Below are positions 1 through 10,703 of a stretch of DNA of 64,000 nt, one piece after another. The stretch covers positions 1-64,000 of the forward strand of contig CDROCS010001117.1 in assembly GCA_977020255.1 (NCBI GenBank), given 5' to 3'. This DNA is from Obrimoposthia wandeli (taxonomy: Eukaryota). Under the pieces are notes generated by a model that worked only from the letters and a program-made list of their open reading frames with translations, had not been told where the DNA came from and searched no databases. Within the stretch, counting starts at the first letter, position 1. Every line of letters starts with the position of its first letter. A program made the position numbers and the translations under genes.

Positions 1-140
1 CTACACAGCTCGTTTATATTGTTAAAACCTACATAAATTCGAGATAGTTAGATAAAAAACAATAGCTACTCAGCTGACTGTTATCTCACTACGACACGCG
101 AATTCAGAAGTAAAATTAGTAAGCATTCAATGATAAAGCG

Positions 141-1145
141 CTATTGTTCTAATTCTAAAAACCTCTGTGTCACTTGTCTTAGCCGTTCTTGTTCACTTGG
201 TGAAACAAAACTTGCTTCAATGGCGTTAAAAGTAAATTGTGCAATTTCAGTTTTATTCATCGGGTGTGCATTATTTACCGCTAAAAAGTTATCTGTCATA
301 TAACCACCAAAATAGGCAGGATCGTCAGAGTTTATCGTGACACAAACGCCTTGGCGGAGTAATCCTACAATATTATGTTGTTCCATACGGTCAAACACTT
401 TTAGCTTAAGATTAGATAGCGGGCAAACAGTAAGAGGAATTCGTTCAGCAATAAGCTGCTCTACTAAGCTTGCATCTTCGGTGCAACGAACACCATGATC
501 AATACGAGTAATTTGCAATAAGCTTAATGCCTCACTGATATTACTTGCAGGCCCTTCTTCACCCGCGTGAGCAACAGTTAAAAATCCTTGCTCAATGGCT
601 TGTTTAAATACTCGCTCGAACTTACTCGCTGGGTTGCCAATCTCTGTAGAGTCTAAACCTACCCCGATAATTTTATCTTTATGTGCCTGTGCTTGAGATA
701 GCGTGTTAAATGCTGATTCTTCATCTAAATGACGTAAAAAACACATAATTAGCTTGCTGCTAATCCCTAATTCAGAAATACCTTTATCTAGTGCTCGATG
801 AATACCGTTAACTACCGTATCAAATAAAATACCGCGTTCTGTATGTGCTTGAGGGTCAAAAAATATTTCAGTGTGAATCACATTATCTTCTTGGCAGCGG
901 AGTAAGTAAGCCCACGTGAGATCGAAAAAATCTTGCTCGTGGATCAGTACATCAGCTCCTTGGAAGTAAATATCTAAAAATGATTGTAGGTTGTGAAAGT
1001 TATAGGCATCTCTAATCTCATCAACAGAATTAAATGGGATATTAATACTATTACGCTGAAGCATCTCAAGCATAAGTTCAGGTTCAAGTGTTCCTTCAAT
1101 ATGCAGGTGGAGTTCTACCCAGTAAAGACTGATAAATTTTTTCAC
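141..1145 (-). CDS. add: Adenosine/adenine deaminase (amidohydrolase fold)
   Basis: ELHLHIEG, HAGEE, RIDHG and NSDDPAYFGG motifs. GTG start 7 nt after GGGA. N-terminus reads ISLYWVELH where LPKxELH is expected, suggesting local compensating indels. Confidence 0.9.
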   Translation of the reverse strand: MKKFISLYWVELHLHIEGTLEPELMLEMLQRNSINIPFNSVDEIRDAYNFHNLQSFLDIYFQGADVLIHEQDFFDLTWAYLLRCQEDNVIHTEIFFDPQAHTERGILFDTVVNGIHRALDKGISELGISSKLIMCFLRHLDEESAFNTLSQAQAHKDKIIGVGLDSTEIGNPASKFERVFKQAIEQGFLTVAHAGEEGPASNISEALSLLQITRIDHGVRCTEDASLVEQLIAERIPLTVCPLSNLKLKVFDRMEQHNIVGLLRQGVCVTINSDDPAYFGGYMTDNFLAVNNAHPMNKTEIAQFTFNAIEASFVSPSEQERLRQVTQRFLELEQ

Positions 1146-1163
1146 ATCATGTTCCCAATAATT

Positions 1164-1198
1164 AAAAAAAGTTCATTCAGTACTTTCTTTTGAATGAA
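1164..1198 (-). terminator. Candidate terminator in the add leader (possible riboswitch expression platform)
   Basis: Minus strand TTCATTCA-11nt-TGAATGAA followed by C and 7 T. The stem is AT-rich and weak. Confidence 0.35.
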
Positions 1199-1237
1199 AA
1201 TTATTCGTACAAAGAGAAAGCACTAAAGCACTAAACT

Positions 1238-1304
1238 CTTCGTAATCAGGATTTATTGGTTCCTGGTAGAGACCCCCAATCCATATCACTGGGGTTATAC
1301 GAAG
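1238..1304 (-). promoter_or_regulatory. Purine riboswitch aptamer, adenine-sensing type
   Basis: Minus strand CTTCGTA-TAA-CCCCAGT-GATATGG-ATTGGGG-GTCTCTAC-CAGGA-ACCAATAAA-TCCTG-AT-TACGAAG. P1, P2 and P3 all pair, the L2 GG / L3 CC kissing bases are present, and the discriminator position is U (GAUUAC). Lies upstream of add. Confidence 0.92.
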
Positions 1305-1541
1305 GGAAGCTAGTTACTGTCGTTAAAACAATAATAAGCTATATATTTGATACTGCCTTATTTGATTTGACAAGTCTATAGTATCGACCAGCATTATCTG
1401 GCTTAGCTTAATGGTTCATTTTTCTTAATTGCATAAAGAATCATGCTCAATCGATGTGAAAATACGGTGGAATAGGTTAGAGGTTTCAGATTGTCATTTA
1501 TGGAGATGTTATTACAAAGTTAGTAAAGGTGATTATTAAAT

Positions 1542-1587
1542 CAAACCTATACTGTGCACTGAGCTGCATACTGAGAGTATAGGTTTG
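1542..1587. terminator. 12-bp inverted repeat downstream of the tetR gene
   Basis: CAAACCTATACT...AGTATAGGTTTG. Confidence 0.4.
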
Positions 1588-1615
1588 TCAGCCAGAGTGT
1601 CTTTTCTTCTAACCA

Positions 1616-2230
1616 CTATGCTTTATAACGCGCTAAAAACATTAGCACGGTATCATCAGCAATTATTTTCTGCTGCTCGGGTGATGGGAAAGTTTGACTC
1701 ATAAATAATTGCGGCCAAAAAGCACTGGCCTTAATCAAACCTAAAAATTGCTGAGCAGCAAAGTTAGCATCCGCTGTTTTTAGTCGACCGTCATTCATCG
1801 CTTCACTAATCCAAACATGTAAGCCATCTTTTTGTTGGCCTAGATGTTCTAAAGTACTCGACGCTAATTCAGGGGAGCGAATACATTCAGAAATGGTTAT
1901 ACGATTTAAGTCACGAAAACATTCAGATGCTAACAATTCAATCTCACTCGTCGCAGCAACATACAATTGCTCATCAAGTGGTTTATTCGGATGGTATTGA
2001 ATATTAGCCGCTTGACTGAAGGAGTCACAAAGTTCTTTAACAATATTATGAAACAAAACTTCTTTACTAGGAAAGTGATTATATACGGTACGTTTTGATA
2101 CTTCGGCTCTTTTTGCCAATGAATCCATGCTAGCGCCGAGAAAACCTTTTTCTTTAAACTCATCTTGTGCAGCAGCTAAAATGTCTAAACGCTTTTGCCC
2201 GGTTAGGTTACGCGTTTTTCCATTAGTCAC
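1616..2230 (-). CDS. TetR/AcrR-family transcriptional regulator
   Basis: N-terminal HTH (GFLGASMDSLAKRAEVSKRTVYNHFPSKE). Divergent from the RND operon. Confidence 0.93.
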   Translation of the reverse strand: MTNGKTRNLTGQKRLDILAAAQDEFKEKGFLGASMDSLAKRAEVSKRTVYNHFPSKEVLFHNIVKELCDSFSQAANIQYHPNKPLDEQLYVAATSEIELLASECFRDLNRITISECIRSPELASSTLEHLGQQKDGLHVWISEAMNDGRLKTADANFAAQQFLGLIKASAFWPQLFMSQTFPSPEQQKIIADDTVLMFLARYKA

Positions 2231-2294
2231 TTAATTATAAAAACGAACCATAACGAAAATAATAATTGCCTGGCTTCACGCTTAATAAAAATAG

Positions 2295-2317
2295 GTAAAC
2301 TGCACCGAGTAGTTTAC
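2295..2317. promoter_or_regulatory. Probable TetR operator
   Basis: Inverted repeat GTAAACT-N9-AGTTTAC in the tetR/acrA divergent intergenic region. Confidence 0.55.
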
Positions 2318-2392
2318 ATTTTGTTTTATTTTGTACTAAACCTGTAACTTTTTTTATAATTATGTGTTTGGTCATTTCCTTATAGGTTTTTT

Positions 2393-3616
2393 ATGTCAAC
2401 ATTTCGTTTTATGTTAAATGGTCAACTAAAACCATTTTTTAGTCGTCTATTATTGGTATCATCCAGCGTACTCCTTGCTACAGCACTTACAGGCTGTGAA
2501 CAAGCACAACAATCTGCCCCTAAAGGTATGCAACCTGCAGCAGTATCTGTGATGAGTATGACAACCCAATCAGTTCCTTTTAGTATTGAATTACCTGCCA
2601 CGTTATCTGGCGCTAAAGAAGTGGAAATTCGTGCTCAAGTGTCCGGTATTTTACAAACCCGAAATTTTAGTGAGGGTGATAAAGTCACAGCAGGACAGTC
2701 ATTATTTAGCTTAGATGCTAAAACGTATGCCGCTGAAATGGCAAAAAGTAAAGCCGACTTAAATGCAGCTACGGTTCGTCTTAAACAAGCCCAACGTGAA
2801 GTTAACAGAATAAAACCATTACGTGAAAAAAACTCAATTTCACAACGCGAATTAGACAATGCAATTTCGAGTGTTGATATTAACTTAGCTGATGTTAAGT
2901 CTATGCAAGCTAACTTAGAGCAAGCGAAATTACGTTTAGATTATACCAAGGTAACCTCCCCTGTTACCGGTATTGTTGGCCGTGAGTTAGTTTCTGAAGG
3001 TACTTATGTTTCAGGTCCTGAAGTGCTGTTAACACAATTAACCCAAATTGATCCTATTCGCGTTCGTTTTGGTTTATCTGAACGTGAACAATTACAAATG
3101 CGTAATGATGCAGCGGCTGGCTTACTTACTTTGCCAGAAGAAGGCCATTGGAAAACTAAAATAAAATTGTTTGATGGTTCACTGCACCCTCAAGTTGGGC
3201 AAGTTAACTTCAGCGATATCAGAATAAACAGTCAAACAGGTACAAGTGAATTACAGGCTATTACGCCAAACCCCAACTTTTCATTAAGACCAGGGCAATT
3301 TGTACGAATCATTTTAGAAGGTGCAGTACGTGAAAATGCCTATGTTGTGCCGCAAAGAGCTGTTTTAGATAATGGCCTTGGCAAGTTTGTTTATGTTATG
3401 GCTAAAAATGACAAGGGCATAACTGTCGCATTACCTGCTCCTGTAGTTGTTGGGGAATGGGTAACAAAAGCTGCGGGTATAGAAAATGGCTGGGTAATTC
3501 GCGAAGGCTTAAAAACAGGCGACCAAGTTATTATTGATGGCATGGCTCGTATTTTCTTCCCTGGTATGCCGATACGTTTAGCTGATGATCAGTTACCGTC
3601 TGCCGCACAGCAATAA
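2393..3616 (+). CDS. RND efflux periplasmic adaptor (AcrA/MexA family) lipoprotein
   Basis: Lipobox LTGC; EIRAQVSGIL, VTSPVTG and LRPGQFV adaptor motifs. Confidence 0.93.
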   Translation: MSTFRFMLNGQLKPFFSRLLLVSSSVLLATALTGCEQAQQSAPKGMQPAAVSVMSMTTQSVPFSIELPATLSGAKEVEIRAQVSGILQTRNFSEGDKVTAGQSLFSLDAKTYAAEMAKSKADLNAATVRLKQAQREVNRIKPLREKNSISQRELDNAISSVDINLADVKSMQANLEQAKLRLDYTKVTSPVTGIVGRELVSEGTYVSGPEVLLTQLTQIDPIRVRFGLSEREQLQMRNDAAAGLLTLPEEGHWKTKIKLFDGSLHPQVGQVNFSDIRINSQTGTSELQAITPNPNFSLRPGQFVRIILEGAVRENAYVVPQRAVLDNGLGKFVYVMAKNDKGITVALPAPVVVGEWVTKAAGIENGWVIREGLKTGDQVIIDGMARIFFPGMPIRLADDQLPSAAQQ

Positions 3617-3628
3617 GGGGGCAGATTA

Positions 3629-6600
3629 ATGTTTTCTCGTTATTTTATTGACCGACCTATTTTTGCTTTCGTCATTTCTATTTTTATTGTTTTGGCAGGA
3701 TTGGCTGCTATGCGCAGTTTATCAATTGCGCAATACCCAGAAATGTCCCCACCGGTGGTACAAGTTACAGCAGTATATCCAGGTGCGTCTGCTGAAGTAT
3801 TAGAACAAACCGTTGCTACTCCCTTAGAAAATGCGATTACCGGCGTTGAAGGCATGATGTATATGTCCTCAACTTCAACTAGTGCTGGTGCAACAACTAT
3901 CACGGTTACCTTTGAAATAGGGACAGATCCAGATCAAGCGTCGGTGAATGTTAACAACCGCGTTAAACAAGCCAGCCTGCTTGGCCTCGAAAGAAATTAC
4001 TGTCAAGGTGTTGTCGTTGCTAAAGGTTCATCAAGCTTACATTGTTCATGCTTTGGCCCACCTGATGATAGCGCAGCCATTATGGACTTCTAATTATGTT
4101 ACTTTAAACATTCTTGATAAAATTAAACGCATTCCAGGCACGACTAGCGTACAGATTTTTGGTGCAAAAGATTATGCCATGCGTATTTGGTTACGTCCTG
4201 ATGTGATGAGCCAACTAGGTGTTACTGTTGAAGAAATTAGCAGTGCGGTACGTGAACAAAATTCACAATATGCTGCAGGTAGAATTGGCGCAACTCCCAC
4301 TTCCGTTAGCCCACAATCCTTGGTTTACAGTGTAAAAGTACAAGGGCGATTAAGCACCGCAAAAGAGTTTGAAGATATCATTATTCGAGCGAATAATGAT
4401 GGTAGCTCGCTGCGTTTAAAAGATATTGCACGCGTAGAATTAGGCTCAAAAGATTATGACTTTGATGGGCGTATTAATGGTAAAAAGGCAGTACTACTAG
4501 GTATATTCTTACAACCGGGTGCTAATGCCCTTGATGTTGCCGATGAAGTTAATGCCACCATTGCTGAATTAGAGACCCGCTTCCCTACTGGGCTCGAGCA
4601 TTTATTGCCATACGACACGACCCGCTTTGTAAAAGTTTCAATTCGCGAAGTATTGAAAACCCTTGGCGAAGCTATGTTACTGGTATTCTTAGTTGTTTTC
4701 ATCTTTTTACAAAATTGGCGCGCTACGTTAATTCCTATTATGGCCGTGCCAGTTTCTTTGTTAGGCACGTTTGCTGGCCTGTATATTCTCGGTTATTCAA
4801 TTAATACGCTGACCTTATTTGGTATGGTGCTATCTATAGGTTGATGACGCAATTGTTTAAAATTTGAAAACGTAGAACGCAGCTTAAAGAAAGATGTTCC
4901 CTGGGGTTCAGACGCAGCTATCAAAGCGATGAAAGAAGTCAGTGGCCCCGTCGTTGCCATTGTATTGGTGTTATGTTCAGTCTTTGTGCCTATCGCCTTT
5001 TTAGGTGGCTTAACCGGTGAATTATTCCGTCAATTTGCTATAACCATTTCTATCTCGGTAAGTTTATCAGGCTTGGTGGCCTTAACCATGACACCCGCTT
5101 TATGTGTATTGGTTTTAAAGCATGAAGACAAAAAAACGAACTTCTTTTTACCATTTAACTGATTTTTTAATAAAGTTACTGGGCACCCAAGCAACGCTGA
5201 GGTAAGCTTTTCTTCGCTTTATTATTGTTAAGAGTTATTGGCATGGTCGTCATCACAGCAAATATGTGGTTAAAAACACCTAGCTCTTTAGTACCTGATG
5301 AAGACCAAGGTTTTTACATTTCAGCGGTATTTTTACCCGATGGAGCCTCATTACAAAGAACCAGTAAAGTAGTAGAGGAAGTAATAGCTGCGATAGAGTC
5401 AAATCCAGCGAATGAAAATGTTGTTTCTTTTACTGGCTTCGATTTTCTAGGTGGTGGTTATAAAAATAACGCAGCGACTCTTTTTGTTACCCAAAAACAT
5501 TGGGATGATAGAGAAATAAGTACACAGCAATTAGTGGGTGAGTTATTTATGAAAACCGCTAATATTAAAGAAGCCTTAGTCTTAGCTTTTAATCCACCAG
5601 CGATACCTGGTTTAGGTAATACCGGTGGTTTTGAATTCTATTTACAGAACCGTGGTGACGGCGGTGTAGCGAAGTTAAAACAAAGCAAGTGCTTATTATG
5701 CTGCCCAGCAAAGTCCTCAATTAAGCCGAGTTCAAACACTATATGCTCAGACTGACGAAATAGATTCAAAGCAAGTGATATTCCAACAACAATGCTTTTT
5801 AATGTTGGGTCAACCATGTGAAATCGTTATCTAAATGACTTCAATAAATTCGGTCGAACATGGCAGGTATTAATGTCGGCAGAGCCTGAGTTTAGAATGA
5901 GTCCTAAAGATATCTCGCGTATTTATGTCAAAAGTAATGGCGGTGAAATGATACCTATATCTGCCTTTGCCGAAATTAATTACAGCAGTGGTCCTGATAG
6001 CTTAGACAGATACAATAACTTATCTGCCGTGAAACTATTGGGTAGTGCAGCGCCAGGGTATGTTAGTTTCAGGCCGCCAATAGCTGAGATTGAAATCAGT
6101 ACAAGCATCAATCAGACATGAGTTAAGTAACGATTCTGGTGCTTTCATCTACAGCAGTTCTGGTTCTACCGCGATTGCATTAGGCATGGCCGTGATTATG
6201 GTGTTTTTGATTCTAGCTGCTCTTTATGAACGTTGGTCTCTGCCGTTATCAGCGTTTGGCCACTTTTTGGCAAAAGTTAGCTCTGTTTGATTGCCGGCAT
6301 GACTAGTATTTGTCCACAAATAGGCTTGGTCACACTACTGGATTAGCCGCAAACGCTTATCTTGATTGTGGAATGGTGCCTTAAAACAACAGGCCGCTGC
6401 ATTAGGAAGCCGCTCGTTTGGCTTTTGCACTGGCACAATTATGACATCGCTTGCCTTTATTTTAGGTGTTGTCCCGTTAGCATTAAGCTCAGGGGCGGGT
6501 GCAGGTGCTCGCCATAGTGTCGGAACAGGTGTTATGGGTGGCATGATAGCAGCAACATTTTTAGCAATCTTCTTTGTACCTTTGTTCTTTTATTGGTTAA

Positions 6601-6689
6601 CCGAACGCAAAGTATCTGAAAAAAGAAAGCAGCAAGCTATTACTGATGAAATAGCTCAGCATCACGAGCAAGAGCTAAATTCTAAGTGA
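3629..6689 (+). pseudogene. RND efflux permease (AcrB/MexB/HAE1), broken into many frames (decay or assembly error)
   Basis: AcrB motifs ([33 protein letters not shown] remnant, [28 protein letters not shown]) are spread over at least 7 ORF pieces. Confidence 0.85.
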
Positions 6690-6717
6690 TAAGAGGTTAC
6701 TTCGATCTGAAGTAGCG

Positions 6718-6747
6718 CTAAAGCTGAAACTAAAGCTGAAACTAAAG
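6718..6747. repeat. 12-bp tandem repeat, 2.5 copies
   Basis: CTAAAGCTGAAA CTAAAGCTGAAA CTAAAG. Confidence 0.6.
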
Positions 6748-6832
6748 TTACCAGCAACAAATGCTAACGTGCCCTCTCACGTTGGCAGTTTTAATTAAAC
6801 TAGAAAGTGTTGATTAAGTTGTGACCGACAAA

Positions 6833-6868
6833 AAAAAGCCCGAAATCCTTAAGGATTTCGGGCTTTTT
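6833..6868. terminator. Bidirectional rho-independent terminator (perfect 36-bp palindrome)
   Basis: AAAAAGCCCGAAATCCTTAAGGATTTCGGGCTTTTT between the convergent RND and icd genes. Confidence 0.85.
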
Positions 6869-6912
6869 ATTTACTACTAAACTTATTTATTAACTTTATT
6901 TACTAACTGAGT

Positions 6913-9138
6913 TTATTTAAACGCAGCTAATACATCATTAAAGCATTTCGAAGGTCGCATTATCTCAATTATCTTTTTAGAATCCGCTTTGTAGTAACCA
7001 CCGATATCAACGGAGTGCCATTGATCTGTTGTTAAGTCACTGACGATAGATGATTCATTTTCAGTTAATGATAGAGCCAATGGCGCAAAGTGCTTCTGAA
7101 GTTCAGTATCCTCAGTTTGCTCAGCTAACGCTTTTGCCCAGTATAGTGCTAGGTAAAAGTGACTGCCACGGTTATCAAGCTCGCCGGTTTTACGTGACGG
7201 AGATTTGCCATTTTCCAATAACTCAGCAGTTGCTTGATCTAATGTTTTTGCCAGCAGTTTTGCTTTAGCGCTGTCTTGTTTGATACCTAAATCTTCAAGA
7301 GAAGCACTTATCGCTAAGAACTCACCAAGAGAGTCCCAACGTAAATGATTTTCTTCTATCAACTGCTTAACATGCTTAGGTGCTGATCCGCCTGCCCCTG
7401 TTTCAAATAAACCGCCACCCGCCATTAATGGCACTATAGATAGCATTTTTGCGCTAGTGCCTAGCTCTAGAATTGGAAATAAATCGGTTAAGTAATCACG
7501 TAGAATATTGCCAGTCACAGAAATAGTGTCACCGCCGCGCAAAATACGCTCTAACGTATAACGCATCGCTCTTGTTTGTGACATTATTTGAATATCTACA
7601 CCTGTTAAATCATGATCTTTCAGGTATAGCTTAACTTTTTTAATTAATTCAGCCTCATGAGGACGGTATTCATCTAACCAGAATACTGCAGGGGTATTAG
7701 ATAACTTGGCACGGCTAACCGCTAATTTTACCCAATCTTGTATTGGTGCATCCTTAACTTGGCACATTCTCCAAATATCACCCTCTTCAACATCCATTGT
7801 TAATAAAACTTTGCCTTCATCATCAACAATGCGAATACAGCCTTCACCCTGTGCTTCGAACGTTTTGTCATGCGAGCCATACTCTTCTGCTTTTTGAGCC
7901 ATTAATCCAACATTTGGCACTGTCCCCATGGTTGCAGGATCAAAAGCCCCGTGAGTTTTACAAAAGTTGATGATCTCCTGATAAATTCTTGCAAAGGTAC
8001 TTTCAGGCATAACCGCTTTAGTATCTTTCAATTTACCATCAGGGCCCCACATTTTTCCGCCAGCTCTAATCATGGCAGGCATTGAAGCATCGACAATAAC
8101 TTCGTTCGGGGTATGTAAGTTTGAAATACCTTTAGCTGAGTCGACCATTGCTAATTCAGGACGTTTTTCATAACAAGCATGTAAGTCGGCTAATATTTCT
8201 TCACGCCAAGACTCAGGTAGTTGTTTTACTTTTTCATAAATACTGCTGACACCATCATTAGCATTAACCCCTAATTTTTCAAAGGTTTCAGCATGTTTAG
8301 CAAACAGATCTTTATAATAAACCTTTACCGCATGGCCAAAAACAATGGGATGCGATACTTTCATCATGGTGGCTTTAACATGGAAGGAAAACATCACCCC
8401 TGTTTCTCTTGCATCTTCCATTTCTTGCTCTAAGTATTCACACAAGATTTTTTTACTCATAAACATACTGTCAATGATTTCACCCGCTAGCAGTGAAGTT
8501 TTTGCTTTTAATACCGTTACGGCACCATCTTCTTTAGCAACAAACTCAATTTTCACATCACAGGCTTTATCCATCGTCATACATTTTTCACTGGCATAAA
8601 AATCGCCTGAATGCATGTGCGAAACATGGGTTCTTGATGCTTGGCTCCACTTCCCCATAGAATGTGGATTTTTTCTGGCAAAAGCTTTAACTGCTGGTGG
8701 AGCTCTACGGTCAGAATTGCCCTCACGAAGTACTGGATTTACCGCACTACCTAAGGTTTTTGAATATTTAGCTTCGTTATCTCTATCTTCATCTGTTTTT
8801 GGCGCTTCTGGATAATCAGGAATAGCATAACCTTGTGCTTGAAGTTCACTGATAACGTCTTTTAGTTGAGGAATTGAAGCACTGATATTGGGTAGTTTAA
8901 TAATATTAGTATCAGGGAGATGAGTTAAGGCACCTAGTTCAGCTAATGTATCAGGTACTTGTTGATCTGCGGGTAAGATATCGGAGAAGGCAGATAAAAC
9001 CCTAGACGCAAGAGATATATCTTTTAGTTCAATATCTATGTCTGCAGCTGCTGCAAAAGTTTTGATAATCGGCAGTAACGAGCAGGTCGCTAGCAGTGGT
9101 GCTTCATCGGTATAGGTGTAAATTATTTTTGAACTCAT
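6913..9138 (-). CDS. icd: Monomeric NADP-dependent isocitrate dehydrogenase
   Basis: 741 aa from MSSKIIYT; TDEAP, IIKLPNISAS, GSAVNPVLREGNSDRR and FETGAGGSAPKH motifs. Confidence 0.96.
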   Translation of the reverse strand: MSSKIIYTYTDEAPLLATCSLLPIIKTFAAAADIDIELKDISLASRVLSAFSDILPADQQVPDTLAELGALTHLPDTNIIKLPNISASIPQLKDVISELQAQGYAIPDYPEAPKTDEDRDNEAKYSKTLGSAVNPVLREGNSDRRAPPAVKAFARKNPHSMGKWSQASRTHVSHMHSGDFYASEKCMTMDKACDVKIEFVAKEDGAVTVLKAKTSLLAGEIIDSMFMSKKILCEYLEQEMEDARETGVMFSFHVKATMMKVSHPIVFGHAVKVYYKDLFAKHAETFEKLGVNANDGVSSIYEKVKQLPESWREEILADLHACYEKRPELAMVDSAKGISNLHTPNEVIVDASMPAMIRAGGKMWGPDGKLKDTKAVMPESTFARIYQEIINFCKTHGAFDPATMGTVPNVGLMAQKAEEYGSHDKTFEAQGEGCIRIVDDEGKVLLTMDVEEGDIWRMCQVKDAPIQDWVKLAVSRAKLSNTPAVFWLDEYRPHEAELIKKVKLYLKDHDLTGVDIQIMSQTRAMRYTLERILRGGDTISVTGNILRDYLTDLFPILELGTSAKMLSIVPLMAGGGLFETGAGGSAPKHVKQLIEENHLRWDSLGEFLAISASLEDLGIKQDSAKAKLLAKTLDQATAELLENGKSPSRKTGELDNRGSHFYLALYWAKALAEQTEDTELQKHFAPLALSLTENESSIVSDLTTDQWHSVDIGGYYKADSKKIIEIMRPSKCFNDVLAAFK

Positions 9139-9697
9139 ATTTGTAGCATCCTTTTTATTTAAATTAATTCCAACCGCAACAGTGTTATAACCTACAAGAA
9201 CATAATGCTTTTCCAAACAATCAGAAAAGGCCCATTATGATAAAGCGAGGCTAAACTTTTACTCTAGAAAAACGTTATAAGAAAATGTGTTTTAAGAAGA
9301 TTTATTAAAAATCAACTTGAGGTAATGAGTGCCGCTTAAATCTCGTTTCAGCCTTATTTTTTTAGTGCACAACAATTTTAAGAGAAAGTTAAAATCTCAA
9401 CGTACTATTGTATAGAAGAACGTCACTTGTTCAAATTAGACAAAAGTCCATTTTTTGTACTATTTTATTTCTCGAGGAGGGTTCAGTGAAGGTTATATTA
9501 GTTGAGCAAGTACACGCTGAATTTTATCTTCATCATACAAAAAAGCTTGGTGTACGCAACGTGAAATACAATGATAATACGGTGTACCAGCCAAGCTAAT
9601 CAGATGTTTTAGACGGTAAACATAAGAGAGCCCTTGAAATAAGATAATGCATTAACCTCAAGACAAGAACTAGATATACTTAAAAGCAATCAATACC

Positions 9698-10048
9698 CTA
9701 GTTATTTATTTTTACCCTATCTCCTAGCTTGAGATTTCCTTGAGTAATTTGAACATTAATATATTGCGGTTTGGTAACCTCATTAACCAAAACTTCACCT
9801 ACCTTTTGGTATGAATACAAAGGGTCACCTTCAAGCACACTGTTTGTTGCTAACAATCTATTGATCTGTAGTAGCTGTCCTTTCACAATTGAATTAGCTG
9901 TACCGACATAAACGCTGGCACTTTTTCCTTCAACCTTTACAATTTTTCCTTGTTTCAGATCACTGGCTGAAGCAGTAGCGACGGCCATCACAGAAAATAA
10001 ACCCAAAGCTGCTATTTTTAACGTTTTATTCAACATATTTTTTCTCAT
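9698..10048 (-). CDS. Secreted hypothetical beta-rich protein (FlgT C-terminal-like)
   Basis: Signal peptide ending ATASA; GKIVKVEG...GDRV beta-strand pattern. The family resemblance is from memory only. Confidence 0.6.
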   Translation of the reverse strand: MRKNMLNKTLKIAALGLFSVMAVATASASDLKQGKIVKVEGKSASVYVGTANSIVKGQLLQINRLLATNSVLEGDPLYSYQKVGEVLVNEVTKPQYINVQITQGNLKLGDRVKINN

Positions 10049-10703
10049 TATTTATAAAATTTAATACTAAACGCCGTAAAATAGGTATTTTTAAGATAGC
10101 CTGACAGAGTACTGCTATTGAAAACTTTTATTTTCACTCGGTATGTATTAACTATTTTTAACTAAAAATGTTATTGCATTTATCGAAGGCAATAACATGT
10201 AAATGTACCGGCTGGTACGAGAGGATGCGGAATGTAGCAATCAGAATATTAATGTTCAAGGGGTAATTTTGGCTTTAAAACAAGTGAAAAAAAAATAAAA
10301 TAGTATGAAAGAATAATCAGCTTTTTTTTTAGTTTAACTTATTGAATAGCAATAACATGAGGTTTTATATATTTTGGCGAGGTTAGATTGAAATAATATT
10401 TTATGATCATTTTTAGTATAAGGAACATAATGTTACTTATATTTTATGGCATAATAAAATGGACAGGATTTGCTATTGGTGTTTAAAACAGCTTCCTCCA
10501 TCATAGGTGATTTGTAGAAAGTAACCTGAGAAGGAAGTGTTGCCATTTGGCTATAACATTGAGCCTACCCGCTGCCAATAAAGTCCTTTAAACGGCCTTA
10601 AAATTAAATGATGCAAACCTCAAATACAGATTAAAGACTTATATTATCCTGCAGTCTCTTTTTAAGGTTAGGTATCTTATTATTAACATTTCATTTATAG
10701 CCG

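Noticed and set aside
9408-9599. 63-aa ORF upstream of icd
   Set aside because: No RBS or recognisable motif; likely a chance ORF in a promoter region.
10500-10620. Possible c-di-GMP-I riboswitch near the EAL/HDOD gene (GGCAGCGGG on the minus strand)
   Set aside because: The GCAAA...GAAA...GGACGCAAA core is absent on both strands.
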